This document shows, one piece after another, positions 22,991-35,643 of a stretch of DNA of 64,000 nt (positions are counted from its first letter, which is position 1; each line of letters opens with the position of its first letter). This DNA is from Felis catus (Eukaryota). The notes beneath the pieces are model-generated. The model was not told the DNA's origin, made no database searches, and saw nothing but the letters and a program-made list of their open reading frames with translations. The position numbers were made by a program, and so were the translations under genes. Location of the stretch: contig NC_058382.1 of NCBI RefSeq assembly GCF_018350175.1, positions 59,088,001 to 59,152,000 of the forward strand, given 5' to 3'.

Positions 22991-25900
22991 AGACGTGGGA
23001 CAGCAGCTGGCGCCCGTGGGGGGGCCGCCCTCCCCTGCCGGGGGGGCTCAGAGGGCAAGGAGAGGAGACAGGTAACGGCGACAGGAGCACTGTGCGGGCG
23101 CGCCCAGCAAGGGGGAGACGGCGCCGTGGACCCCATCGATCTGTGGGTGCAGGTGCCGTCTGCGGAAGCCGGAAGGCCACCCGGGGGACGTCGTCCTCCA
23201 GAGGCCTCGGGCGGCCAACGTGTCGACTCAGAGACCGCCAGTGGCAGTAAGAAAAGGTGTAACTGAAGTGTCATCTGAAAGCTGGTAGAGACTCAGTGAC
23301 GCTTCAAAGGTGTGACACGGGGACCGGGCCGGGATGGCGGGGCACCAACGATGCCCCTGGAGCCGGGGCTTATGTTCCACCTTCGGTGCGCGAGAAGGGC
23401 ACAGGCGGGAACTCACCCGAGCGGGGAGGATTGGGGGTTTGACAGGGATGGCGACCGTCTCCCAGATCAACCCCAGGAGAGCCGAGATAGCCCTGAGCGG
23501 AAGGGACGCCCTCGTCCCCACAGCGGCGGGAACAGCAGGGCCGGGAACACAGGGAAGGAGGAAGCCCGGCACGCAGTGTGGGGAACCTGACTCACGTGCC
23601 CCGAGGCCGAATGGAGCTGGAGACCGGAAATCCCCCACACCTGGGGCACTCTTACCCCAAATGTGGAGAAGGATGACCCCACGTCCCCAGAGTGCCCCGT
23701 CCAAGCAAACTCAGCACACGGCAAAGGAAACCAGGAATCCTACCATTCGGTGGTGTCTTTGTTGTTTCAAAAACGCGGCTCTGGAAACAAACTTGAACAG
23801 CCCATCAGGTGTGTACCTTCCCCCGCAGAGAGCAGCCCTGTTTTACAGGGAGAAGCCTTCGCACCTGCGGCCTTCACTCGCTGAGGCAGGACCATTTGGG
23901 GTGCCCGGATGCGTGAGCCCCGGGTGCTGGGGTGTTGGGGGAAACCACACTCCTGCCTCGTGGAGCCATGGCCCTGGGGACGAGGCCGCCACAGCGCAGG
24001 GGGGCGCATGTGGCCTTCGGGACCCTGGCTGGGGGTGGAGGAGGGGGTTCCCAGCGGGCTGATGCTGGAGCCCAGAGCTGAGGGTAAGAAAGGGGGCCGG
24101 GAAAGGCCACGGGGCATACTTGCTATTGGTCTGGGGTGGAGGTTTAAGCAAGGGGGACCAGCTGAGGCTGGAGGGGACGTGGAGTGGGTGAGCGAGGGGT
24201 GGACGGGAAGTGAGCCCGAGCAGTCACCAAGGGCCTCCAATCGCTCCAAAGTGTCTGGGTCTTTTCTGGAGCCTGAGAGAAGCCCGGTTTGAAGGAGACA
24301 CTGTGGGTTTCGTAACTCAGGGTCGTGTCTCCGGCTGAGACCCATGGGGTACAGATCAGGCAGGACAGGGAGGCCTGTCGGCAGCTGCTGGGACGTATGG
24401 CGAGCCTGTGCATCCGGGCACCCCAAATGCGTGACACGGCGAGGACCGGAGGGGGGGGCGGCCGTGAGGAGGCACATGGGTGGATGCAAGCGGAGGAGGT
24501 CTAATGAGCTTCCTAAGGCACCTTCTCCAAGACGCTTTCACCAGAGTCGTTTAGGGGGCAGCCCACACATTCTGTGTCAGCACAGGGGTGACCTGACCGT
24601 CCTGGGAGGCGGGGTTCCTGAGAGCACAGTCCGCGGCAACAGAAAACGCAGATGTGGCTGCCTGCCGTCCCCTCCGCTGGAGCTACACAGGCCGGAGCTG
24701 GGGATGCCACATTAACCCTGTCACCCCCCCACCCCCACCCCAGCACGGACAGCCACGGAGAGCCCTGGAGTCCAGAATCCACGTCGTTGCTGGTGAGCCC
24801 TGGCCCGCGTGGCCCTGGCGTGGCTCGCCAGTTGCCGGCACAGATGCAAGGCCCCTCTGAGCCTGGACACCCCGTCGTCCCCATGTTGAGGCAGAGCTCG
24901 GTCCCTCCACCAGCACGGCCCAGCGGAGGCCGGGCCACCAACCAAATAAGCCACCCGGTCCGCTGGTGTGGGGAGAAACGGACATCGCCACACAGAATCA
25001 GGGAAAGAAATGCAAATATAAAGAACCTCCAAAGAGGCCAGGCCTTACCTTGGTGATTCCGATTCCACACGTGTGTGGCGATGCCTCCGTGTGGCTCCGG
25101 GGGGCTTTCTGGGGACACAGCTGGGAGTGACACAGGGAGCCATGGCCGGGGGGGCCTCAGACAAAGCCCCTCACCCGTCGGACCTCAGGGCTCTGAGTGT
25201 GATGAGTGTGGGGTGGCCCTTCCCACGGCGGAGGTCGGGGTCCGTTTCTAACCTGCTTGTCGGCAGGAGCAGAGGGCTCTGGGGAGGCCAGTCTGGAGCA
25301 GAGCCCAGGAGCAAGGTCTCTTGGAGGCAAGTGAGCTCGGATGGCCCCGAGCTTGGACGCTGGGGCCGCACAACCTGTCTCCAAACCCCAGCTCTGCCCC
25401 GTATGCTGCCAGGCCTCGCCGTCCCCCACGCCTCAGTTTCCCCGTCCGCAAGTGAGGGATAATGGCAACGCCCGCCTCCTGCGGTCGTGGGAGGCGCCAG
25501 CTGTATGCAGAGGGTGTGAGGGATGTGAGCACAGAGCCGGCCCCACGGGCTGCTGGCTCCCGGTTTCGCCTCACTGCCCAGCACGCTGCCGTGTAGCCTG
25601 GAGTCGGGAGACACGAGTGTGTGTGCCGACGAACTGGAAGACCCACACGGCCCGGGTCGCACGGGGCCAGGCTGCTTGAAAGGGCCTGTCCTTCCGCTCT
25701 GCGGACCACTGGGTGGTTTTAACCTTTCGGCTTCTTTAAATAAACGCCGAGAGCTCCCGCTGCTCTGTGCTCCCGAGTGCATTCCGGCCGGGATCGGAAC
25801 CGGGAAAGAAGAGGCCCGCTCTGCACACCTGCTCCAGGAAGCCCGAGCCGCGTCCCGCGCGGTGCCCACCGGAGGGGCCTCCTCTCTGAACGCGTGACTG

Positions 25901-26229
25901 TCTGCAGCCACGCTTCCGGTGCGAGGCGAGAGCGAAGGCCTTGGCTGGATGGAGACATTGCCTTCTGGGTCACTCCCTTACTGGAATGTTCTGCCTCCTG
26001 CCAAAGATAGTCAAGTTAGGTCACATATCCCCTCATTCAAGAAAACAATAGTTTTACAGAAAAACCCCAGCACGGCCTTTCCTGGGCATAAACACGGCCG
26101 TGTCGCCCCAGCACATCTGTGGGCCGGGGAGGCGGCCTGGGGGTGATCTGTGTTTTGAATGCTCCCTCTTGGCAAGGGTGACAACAGACTGCAACAGAAT
26201 GCTCTCAACTGCAGGCATTTTCCTCGTCA

Positions 26230-26520
26230 ACCTGAGCCTTCCGTCCCTACAATGGGATAAAAGTATCTGTTTACGGTTGTTGTGAACACAAATCCCATCA
26301 CACCTTCAAAAACAGGCATGTGGTGAGTGATCGATAAATCGCTACAATTTACTGAGTGCTTATCATGGATAAGACTTCCTGGAACAGCTTTTCGAATCAC
26401 CACTGGTTTTAATCCAAAACGTGAAGACCGTCTGGGGTGATGGTCATCGCCCCCACCTCATGGATGAAGAGTTCGAGGCACAGAGAGGTTAAGTAACGTG
26501 CCTGAGGCCACCCAGCTGGA
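26230..26520. mobile_element. Adjacent MIR fragments in opposite orientations
   Basis: 'CTGAGCCTTCCGTCCCTACAATGGGATAA' then 'TTTACTGAGTGCTTA...GAGGCACAGAGAGGTTAAGTAACGTGCCTGAGGCCAC'. Confidence 0.6.
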
Positions 26521-27019
26521 CAGTTCTGTGCGCTCACGGCCATCCCACATCCTCTCGTGTTACTTTCCTTCCTGTCATTACATTACTCTTCCTATTTTTT
26601 GTCCCCTCCCTCCGCCACACCCCTGCCATCTGACAGCCCAGCAGCCTGGTGACCAGGCAGTCCCCGCTCTGGTTTCTTGTGCTCCCCCGCACCGGGTGCA
26701 CGAATGATACGCATGAACTCGACCTTCCCGGGTGAACTGTGGTTCATGTTGCAAGGTCAGGCTCAAGCGTAGCCTCCCTTCTGAAAGCTTCCCTAGTCCC
26801 TCCAGTCGAGGTCACCGTCCCCTCTTCTGTGCCCCTCTCGGTGCCTGTTGTCTGCTGTCCCCAGCGTGTCCGATAAATAGTCACTATTTCTTCCTTCCCA
26901 CCGAGGCTGTGGGCTGTTTTTCCACCCTTGAACCTGGGCTTGGCCACTGGGACATTAGCAACACGATGTGAGCGCTGTGCCCACAGCACAGGGAGCTGGG
27001 CCACCCTGTCTTTCAGGAC

Positions 27020-27255
27020 CTCAGCATTTCTCAAGAGCGCCGGTCGTGTGCTTCGTAGAATGTCACTCCACTTGGGTCTGTCTGAGGTCTGCCCGTGATG
27101 AGACTGAGGTAACCCGTTCCTGGCGAGAGTACCCCCGAAGGGATGTCGGGTCCTACTCAGAGCATCTCATCGGGGGCACGTGATGTCTTGTTCCTGGTGA
27201 TGTTACCGGAGCTCTTTGTTAAGGTGGCACCTCCCAACTCTCTCCACTCTAAAGG
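27020..27255 (-). mobile_element. L1MC4/5-like 3' UTR fragment, antisense
   Basis: 'GTAGAATGTCACTCCACTTGGGTCTGTCTGAGGT...GTGATGAGACTGAGGTAA...GGGGGCACGTGATGTC...GTTAAGGTGGCA'. Confidence 0.6.
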
Positions 27256-27971
27256 CCACATGTTATCGCAGCGGCCAGTTGACATGTCTAGACCGAAACA
27301 TGGATGGAATCCTCTAGAAGACAGGGTCCCTGTCCATTTTCCTCATGACTGTATCCCTGGTACCTGCCAGCATATCTTCTACTTTGTATTTGCTCAACAA
27401 CATCTTATTAAATGAACGAAAAAGCATGAATCAATCTTCAAAGAGCTGATATTCAGGGATTAATGGGTTCAGACTAACTATCCTGGCTGGAAAGGTTTAG
27501 GCAAATGGCGGTACCCACACCTCCCGTGTTTCCTATATCTTATTTAATCTAATATTTACTTTCTCTTTTCTGTCTTCTGATTCTGTATCTTATCCCACGG
27601 CTGAATGAGATGCTTCATTTGTAGGATGCTTGACTTATACAATTTTGGAAGGCCAAGTAAAAAGCAAACTTTACGTAAGCAATATAAAAATTGATATTTC
27701 TTACTGACCCATTTTCATGGAGGTCCACATTTTCTCCCACCAGCCATCCCCAATTTCTGAGAGGGAAACTGGTTGGACCCTAGGGCCACCCAAGGAAATG
27801 GGAAGGTAGAGCAGGTATGGACATACTTTTCTTGTGTTTCTGACAGTTTTGTCAAGACCAGAACTGTAGGTTCCCAGGTTTCCCATTTGCCATATTCTTG
27901 GTCTCAGTTCCCATAAAAATCACAATATACTCACAGTGAAGCATATATGAAAAGCAATTAAGGAAAATAAC

Positions 27972-28241
27972 TCCATCTATCCCTTCCTCCATCAACCCAT
28001 CCCTCCATCCATCCATCCATCCATCCATCCATCCATCCATCCATCCTTTATCCTCCCATTTTTCTGTTTACTCATCTATCATTCAATCCACTCATCCTGT
28101 CTTCCCTTCCATCCACTCACCCAGCTTTTCCTTCCTTCCTCTCTCCTTTCCTCCCTCCCTCCTTCCCTTCTTCCCTCCTCCCTCCCTCCTTCCCTCCTTT
28201 CCTTCTTCCCTCCCCATTTCCTTCCTCTCTCCACCTCTCCT
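27972..28241. repeat. (TCCA)n microsatellite followed by a polypyrimidine (CCTT/CCT) low-complexity tract
   Basis: Pure TCCA repeat at about 28004-28046; C/T-dominated stretch at about 28125-28241. Confidence 0.95.
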
Positions 28242-30626
28242 TCTGATGTTTAGGGCAGCCATTTGACCCAATTATGGCCAACAAGACGTAAGAAGACTGC
28301 TTCTGGGTTATGCTCCCCCCACCCCTTACGTAAGGGAGACACATTCAAATAGAGGTCTCTTTTTTATCTCCCTCCTTGGGACACTGTCAGGAGAGGACAT
28401 GGTGCTTGGAAATGCTTCCAACTGGAGTGGAGGTTTCAAGTGGTGGAGTTGTGATTCATTCAGGATGGGCGGGAAGGGGCTATTCCAGGTGCTAAGCAAG
28501 GGGCCGGAGAGAGCAGGGCTCAGATGGGAAATAGTGGACGTGCACCTCCCAGCTCCAGAGCAACACGCTGTCGGCTGTGATCTCCTTTCTGCCTGCAGAC
28601 CCCCACCGGGTCCCTTGCATTAAACAGGAGGCCTCCCAGCCTCATCCTAGGGACACATTCAGTGGCAAGGTGGGTCTCGCTTCTCTCCGTGATGTGGAGA
28701 ACTTCTGGCCTTTGATATCTGTCCTGGACTCCTGTTTCCTGCTCTCCACGGTCTGGGGGTGGACAGAGGAGGACGACGCCCTCCCTGGCTGCCCCCCCTG
28801 GCCTCCGGCCTGATAAGGGCAGCCATCAAAGGCCGATGGAGGAGAGCGGCAGAGCTCACGGTCCCTCGCTGCTGCTGACAGATTGATCGCACACGGAAGC
28901 AGCTAATGATGCGGCCAGCCCCGTGCTGTCACCTCACGGCACCTGGCTCTCCCTGGGACCTTGGCAGGCAAGGTATGGGAGGAAAAGTGCCCTGAACACA
29001 CAGTTGACAATGGGGTGAGGAAATCCCTGAAAGGGGCAGCAGTGATGAAAATGGCCAGGGGCACGGCCCCCAAACCCTTCTGCTGGGCAAGACGAGCCAG
29101 AGGCAGAGTGGACTCACCGCCTTCCAGGAGATCAAGGTTAAGAGAACAAAGGACAAAAGCACCTTCCGTGACACTAACCGCCCTGTTCCCTTCTCGTGGA
29201 GCCGGAAGATGGGAGGGAAGGATGCTCACCACGCGCCAGGTTAGCCCTCTGTGGCTCGCTGACTTTGGAACTCCCACGAGACGGAGGTGTTTTGTCAAGA
29301 GGTGAGAAAGCACATTTGTAAGGGAAGCCAGAAGGCTCTCCGTGACCAGCAGGAGGCACGTCCCTTGGGTGCTGGTGCTCCCGTGCGCCCGTAACAGGAT
29401 TCAGTGAGCCGGGAGGCTGCCACGGGCATCCCTTCTCAGCCCCCCCTGTGTCCCTCCCGCCAGGGCACCCATGCAGGCACAGGTGCGGAGGGGCTTGGGA
29501 GATTTGTTTTGCTCCCCCCCCACCAGCCCAGCTTCCCCACTACCCTCTTGCCAATCAACCCCCGGGAGAATTACCTCCAGGTGCAGACTAACCACTGCTC
29601 GGTCCCTCAGGGTGAGATGCTGGCCCCAGGGCCTGAGAGTGCCCCGGCCATTCTCTCACCCGGGCTGGGAAGTGGTGGGGAGGGACTCCTTGGCCCCGGG
29701 GAACGAGGCGGTGATCACAGGACACTGTCCCACCTGAGTGCCTTAGTCCCCACTGCTCTGATGGGCTGGAATGCTCTCCCTCCAGAACCCTGTGTGGCTG
29801 CCTTCTTCCTGCCTTTCAGGCCTGGGCCCAGGTGGCACCTCCTCCCGAGGAGCGGTGTAGATCCCGACCCCAGCCCCGGCAGAGCTTGTTGCTTGAATCG
29901 CCACCGTGACAGTGAGGCTTGAATCGCCACCCCACCTCACGTGAGGACGGGCTTCCCCGCCCCCACCCCCTCGCGCTGCACCGGAGCCCGGCCTGCCGAC
30001 GTGCGCTCGGCAAACGGGGGCTGTTGGGACGCTGCCACGAATCACGGCTTCCAAATCAATAACGTGAATTCCACAGCAAAGGGGTCTGGGCCGAGAGGGA
30101 GCACTGCTGGCTGCTTCTGAGCCCCGAGTGGCAGGCGTTGGGGGGGGGGGGCTGGGGGGACAGTAACCCAGGGGACAGGCCGGATCCCCAGGAGGGCACC
30201 ATCAGGTTGGAACATGAGACCCTGAGGACTTGGCCATCACTGGGGTCACATTCATCAAGGCTGCTCGGGGACACGCTTCCCGAGGGCTAGAGCTCTCGTC
30301 TCGCGGCACGCCTGGTCACACGTTTCAGATTTATATCGAAGATAGGTTCCCCCAAATGCACGTCTCCCCACGGGTTTGGTCCCCGTCGCATGATTCCGGT
30401 TTTGTGGCAGTCAGAGTTCTCAGATTCTGCAGCCTGGAGGCCGCGGGAGACCACCCAGCCCCGCCTGGCCTCTGCCACCAACAGACCCTTTCACGGGTCC
30501 TGCCGTCAGGAAAGATCCTCTGGGTGAGTTGTTATATCACCTCCTCTAAGCCACTCGTCAGCCGGCTGGGCAAAACAGTAAGGCCCATCTCCGAAGGCTG
30601 TCTGGAGGCCGAACAAGATGCACGTG

Positions 30627-30785
30627 GGGGCACCTGGGGGGCGCAGTCGGTGGGGCGTCCGACTTCAGCTCAGGTCACGATCTCACGGTTCGTGGGTTCG
30701 AGCCCCGCGTCGGGCTCCGTGCTGACGGCTCACTCTCTGTCTCTCTTTCTCTCTCAAAAATAAACGTTAAAAACATTTTTACAAA
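30627..30785 (+). mobile_element. Can-SINE with internal deletion, inserted in a MIR
   Basis: SINE head and B box, then direct join GACGGCTCA|CTCTCTG; diverged TSD AACAAGATGCACGTG / AAAAAGATGTACCTG; MIR-like flanks. Confidence 0.9.
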
Positions 30786-31008
30786 AAGATGTACCTGTAA
30801 TGCTCTCACGCTCTCAGTGTGGTGCCGGGCACACCATGAAAACATGCTGAGTGGCAGCACTGTCTGGGGGGGCCACCAAAGCCCCCTTTCCCGGCAGGAT
30901 CGCCACACGAGGGGGCAGAGCCCAGGTTCATTCCAGAGGGGCAGGAACCGGCTCTTACCGCCTAAAGGGGTGAGGTGGGGGAGAGCCTGGGATGGCCCAG
31001 GTGGAGCC

Positions 31009-31026
31009 GCTGGCCCCCTAGTGGAA
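31009..31026 (-). promoter_or_regulatory. Candidate CTCF site
   Basis: Reverse complement TTCCACTAGGGGGCCAGC matches core CCASYAGRKGGC. Confidence 0.45.
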
Positions 31027-31254
31027 GGACGAGGCTCCTGAGCCCAGGTGTGCAAGGAGGCAGGTAAAAAGCCAGGTGCGCGATTCCACGACATCCAAAC
31101 TCGGTTCTCCTGAGACACGGCCGGCGAGCACCGTAACCAGAATCACGGGCAATGTGAACAGAAACGTGTCCTAGGGGATTACACTGGCGATGTCTCTTCC
31201 TGCTTCGTGTCTTAAATCTGTAGTCAGGAGCAGAAAGCGAGGCCAGGACGGCCG

Positions 31255-31425
31255 CTAGCAGGGGCAGTGGCTTCCTTCTGAGGTGACAGAAACGTTCTAA
31301 AGTCAGCTGTGCTGATGGCTGCCCCACTCCTCGAGGACCCTGAAAACCACTCAACCACACATGTTGAGTGGGCAGGTTGTATGTACGTAAATCATGTCTC
31401 AGTACAGCTGTTTTCAAAAGTTGAG
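31255..31425 (+). mobile_element. L1MB/L1ME 3' terminal fragment
   Basis: 'TTCTGAGGTGACAGAAACGTTCTAAAG...GAAAACCACTCAACCACAC...GTATGTACGTAAATCATGTCTCAGTACAGCTGTT'. Confidence 0.7.
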
Positions 31426-31843
31426 TTTTTAAAATACCGTATGTTGTTTTTAGGCATTTCCCCCAAATACTCAGTAATTACTGAGAGAACACGCACAAAG
31501 GGGGAGATCATTCTCACTTTGTTTTGCTGCATCGTGAGCTGCAGGTGCATTGTGTCGCCTGCCCCACCAGAGGGAAAGTCTGCCTGTGGGCACAGAGAGG
31601 TCCCAGGGGTGCCAGGCACGGTGGGAGATGGAGGTGTCCAGACCCCGAGAGGGAACTGAGGTTTCCTGTCGTGTGGACCCCAGACAGACCCTCAGGAAGA
31701 GACAAGATGGCTTGTAATAAGGGGCTAAGTTATGTGTTGAGTTTAAAGGCGGTGGACGTGAACGGAAGGTTCAAGTAATCCAGGAGGACTTTGTGAAGGA
31801 CGCATCTGAGCTAGAGCTTACCAGTCTACTAAAAATAAGTACA

Positions 31844-32036
31844 GGGGCATCTGGGGGGCTCAGTCGGTTGAGCATCTGACTTTGGCTCAGGTCGTGATCT
31901 CGTGGTTCATGGGTTCGAGCCCCGCATCGGGCTCTGTGCTGACAGCTCAGAGCCTGGAGCCTGATTCAGATTCTGTGTCTCCCTCGCTCTGCCCCTCCTC
32001 CACTCGTGCTCGCTCACTCTCTCTCTCAAAAAATAA
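31844..32036 (+). mobile_element. Can-SINE
   Basis: SINE head, B box, (CT)n; TSD-like AAAAATAAGTACA / AAAAATAAGAGACA. Confidence 0.93.
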
Positions 32037-32479
32037 GAGACACTCCTGCTCTCCCAGGTGCACTCTGCCTCCTATACATCACAGGTGTCTCCAGAAGACA
32101 GACACACCCTGAGTCTCCCTCTCTCTGATGTCCCACTGGTGTCCCCACCGGCCAACTTCAGCCAGAGGCCAGAGCGATGGGGGCCCTGACACAGTCCATG
32201 GATCCACTCCTGGGGAGACAGGAGGAAGCAAAAGACAGAAGAGAAGCCTGGAGGACCGAACGGAGGCACCCAGTTCCCGAGAGCGGGGCCGCAGGTGGGC
32301 CAGAGCACGGCGTGAACAGAGTCCTGGAGGGAGGGGGCCAGTGACAGGCCCTCCCCGGCCCCCAGCTTTTAGAGAGTCGAGGGGGCGGATAGATCACTTT
32401 TATCATTAGAACGTGCTGGCCTCTCACTGAAATTCTCTGTTCGTTTACTGTAAAATCCTGCCACCCAGCACGTGGTCCT

Positions 32480-32862
32480 CAGACATCGCCGGCGAGCCGG
32501 TCGCAGACGCAGAGCCTCACTGACCCCGGCCCCGCAGCCAGACGCCCAGGCGACCCGGAGGCAGGTCACCCGCGGAGCCGCAGCGCTTTGAGTCGCCCCG
32601 GGTTCGGGCATCTGGGGTGGGGGCGGGAGGTCAGAACGGGAGTTTAGAGGCGGGATCGCCCCCTTGCCGCGCACGAACACTGCGAACACTGCGTCAAGAG
32701 CAGGACGTCACGGCCGCTGCCTGCCTCTCCTGCCGCCAGGCGGGCCTGGCTGCTCGACCGCCGCTCCCTCCCTGCGGGCCCCTGGCCGGCCGTGCAGTTC
32801 TCGCAGCGCGGGGTCGCCCGAATCCCCTCTGCGTCTGTCGGGGCTGGCAAGTGAGGTGAGTC
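32480..32862 (+). promoter_or_regulatory. CpG-dense, repeat-free island ending in a consensus splice donor
   Basis: Very high CpG density, CRE-like GACGTCA, and GAG|GTGAGT at 32853-32861. Confidence 0.4.
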
Positions 32863-34951
32863 GCAGCTGCCAGATGTCTGTCTGATGTGGCCCACTTTCA
32901 ATTTTTGGCAGAAATACGAAATCCATGGCTGATGCGGAAGCAAACACCGGCCTGTCTTCCACGTGATCCGTGTGTACCCGCAGGGCACCGTGGCCAGCAA
33001 GTGGCTCAGCGTGGACGTCGGGAGGTGGGGAAATCGTACGGTGCCTGCTCACCGGGCACCATGGTCACCACGGACGGCCCTGTCCGCACACATGAGGGAG
33101 GCTTGGGCCTGGGAGGATGGGCCCGTGCGGCCAGAGACAAGGGCAGGGGGACAGAACGTTCCAGGCGGGGATGGGAGCTGGGCCCTGTGCTCAGCAGCCA
33201 GTGCTCACCCGAGGGGGGCAGGGAGGGCTGGAGCCCATGGGGTGGAAAAGCCGTGTCCCCCTCGGCTCTCAAGCACACCCGAACTGGTCCTGCTATGTTT
33301 CGAACCTCTAAAAGCCACTCCAAGAGGGAGTTACACAGAAATGGCAATGGTGGCAACCGTGTGAATGTTGCCAGTCGCTCTGCAACCTGGTCAACGGGCA
33401 GAGTTAAGTTGCCCTCTCGTCTCAAAGCGCCGTGCTCGAGTCAGGCGCACCAGCCGCCCAGGTATCTTGAGCAGACGTGTTGGCAAAGGCAACGGTCCAC
33501 CCCTGAGGTCGTGCTTCTTTGGCTCTGGGCAAACGGGGGGGGGGGGGGAGGCTGAGAGAAGCCTCGTTCTGACTTGCGGCGGCTCAGTGCGGCGAAGACG
33601 GCTTCGCGAGTGGCGGGACCGGAAGGTCCAGATACCAAGGCGCTTTCCGTGGGCTGCGGGAAGGGGGAACAAGGAGACCTGGAGTTGCGTCTAATCGGAC
33701 CCCACAAGGTGCCAAGTGCGCTGCAGACGTGAACTAACGGTGTGCTGAGCGCGGTGACAGCACGTCGCGGGGCGGTGGCAGCCTCCGGAGGCAAGGGTGC
33801 TTCCGTCCGGGCTCTGCTGTGCGTCCAGCAGTAAGCTGGGGGGCTGGGATGCCCCCGTGCCCCGGGGGTCCCTCTGCGCAGGGAGAGAACAGCGCTCAGC
33901 ACAGCACCCCGCCCTGCGGACAGGCTCAGCGGCAGCGGGCTGTGCTGCTGGTTACCCCCAGGTGGCCTTCGAGACGTCGGCGTAGCTCACAGGCCCTCAG
34001 CTAAAGTTGTGGCACATCGGGCGTGTTATGGGAAATGTGCGTGTGGGGCGGCTTCGCCTGAGAAACATTTCACCCATGACCTCTGTGTGTAACACGTGAA
34101 ATCCCGAGGGAAAAATCAACTCCAGGAGCCCACCGTCCTCCGAGGCATATGCCCCACACCGCCGTCCCCCCCCCACGTGTCTGCGTCCCCCCCCCACGTA
34201 CCCCACGTGTCTGCGTGTGTCACGTCATGATGCACATTCACTCTTACATGTTCTCCAGTCTGTCAACATGTACAAAGCATCTCAGCTATTCCTGGCCTAC
34301 AGCCACTCGGGATGTTGATAAGGCAGGAGGGGCACCTTTGGCAATTCAAACCGTGACACTCAAGGCGGGTCTGGGGAGCCTCTGTTGTTGACAGCGTGGC
34401 GGGGATGGTCCTGCCGGAGTGGCCTCTCCCAGGCTCAAGGGCTGTGATTTAAGTGGGAACAGCCGCTTCCTGACCAGCGCTGCCCTGCCTTCCCACCTCA
34501 TTCCCCTTCCTCGGTTTGTCCTCTGTTCTCCGCAGTGTCCCTTGAGAGCACAAACCCTCTTTCTTTTTGTGGGATGGTGTCAGACTCACAGAAGAGGAGC
34601 ACCAGGGCTCTCAAGACACGTTTCCTCAGATTCCCCGCACGTGAATCTTCACCTTACTTGCTGGACACCACCCCCCCCAAGACACATGCAGAGAAAGTTG
34701 GCAGACAAGACCCACCTTGACCGCTAAACACTGCCACGTACGTTTCCTAAACAAGGGGCTCTCCTACGTAACCACAGTAACGGGCACAATCAGGAGCCGG
34801 CGGGGACACGATTCTGCAGACGCTGTTCAGATTTCCCGCGTGGCCCTAAAAAGCTCACTCTGCTGACAGTGGGAGAACCTCCATCTCTGCCAAACCACCT
34901 ACCCATCTTCTCTGCCCCTGCCCGGCGTGATTTCTCAGTTTGGGTCCACTT

Positions 34952-35160
34952 TTTTTGTTTTTTTTTTGTTTTTTTTTGAGAGAGAGACTGAGTGTGAGCA
35001 GGGGAGGGGCGGAGACAGAGGAAGACGCAAAATCCCAAGCAGGTTCTAGGTTCTGAGCTGTCAGCAACAGAGCCAGATGCAGGGCTCAAACTCACGAACC
35101 GTGAGATCACGGCCTGAGCTGAACTCGGACGCTCAACCCACTGAGCCACCCAGGAGGCCC
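34952..35160 (-). mobile_element. Can-SINE
   Basis: Antisense SINE; 11-bp TSD TGGGTCCACTT at 34941-34951 and 35161-35171. Confidence 0.95.
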
Positions 35161-35591
35161 TGGGTCCACTTCTAATGAGATCTTATTTCAGAATCAGGAG
35201 TAACAGTGACAACAGAAAGTGTTTTGTACAGGCTTCTCTTTCTGTGATAAATCCCCAGTTTCTAGCAATACTCGAAAGACAAGCCAATGAGCCGTCTTGA
35301 CACAGAGAGGTGAATTACCACCGAGGTGGGCTGTTACCGTGAGACTTTGCTTCTGAGCCTCACTGAGCGTGTGTGTGCATGTGTGCACCCCTACACGTGA
35401 GCACAGCATCATACAGGGGACGGCTGAGTCAGGGCATTTGAGTGGTGGTCTTGACCTCGTACAGCTCTCCTCGACCTGTGGCAAGTACATTCAGTTCTCT
35501 GGGGCTTGATTTCATCGCCTGTTAAATGTCAGGTAAGATCATTGTTATTCAAAGGGACCTGTCATTCTGATTCCAAGTCCATTGATACTGA

Positions 35592-35643
35592 GTGTGTGTC
35601 TATATGTCTGTGAGTGTGTGTGTGTGTGTGCGTGCACATACAC
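35592..35643. repeat. (TG)n microsatellite, imperfect
   Basis: Direct reading. Confidence 0.9.
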
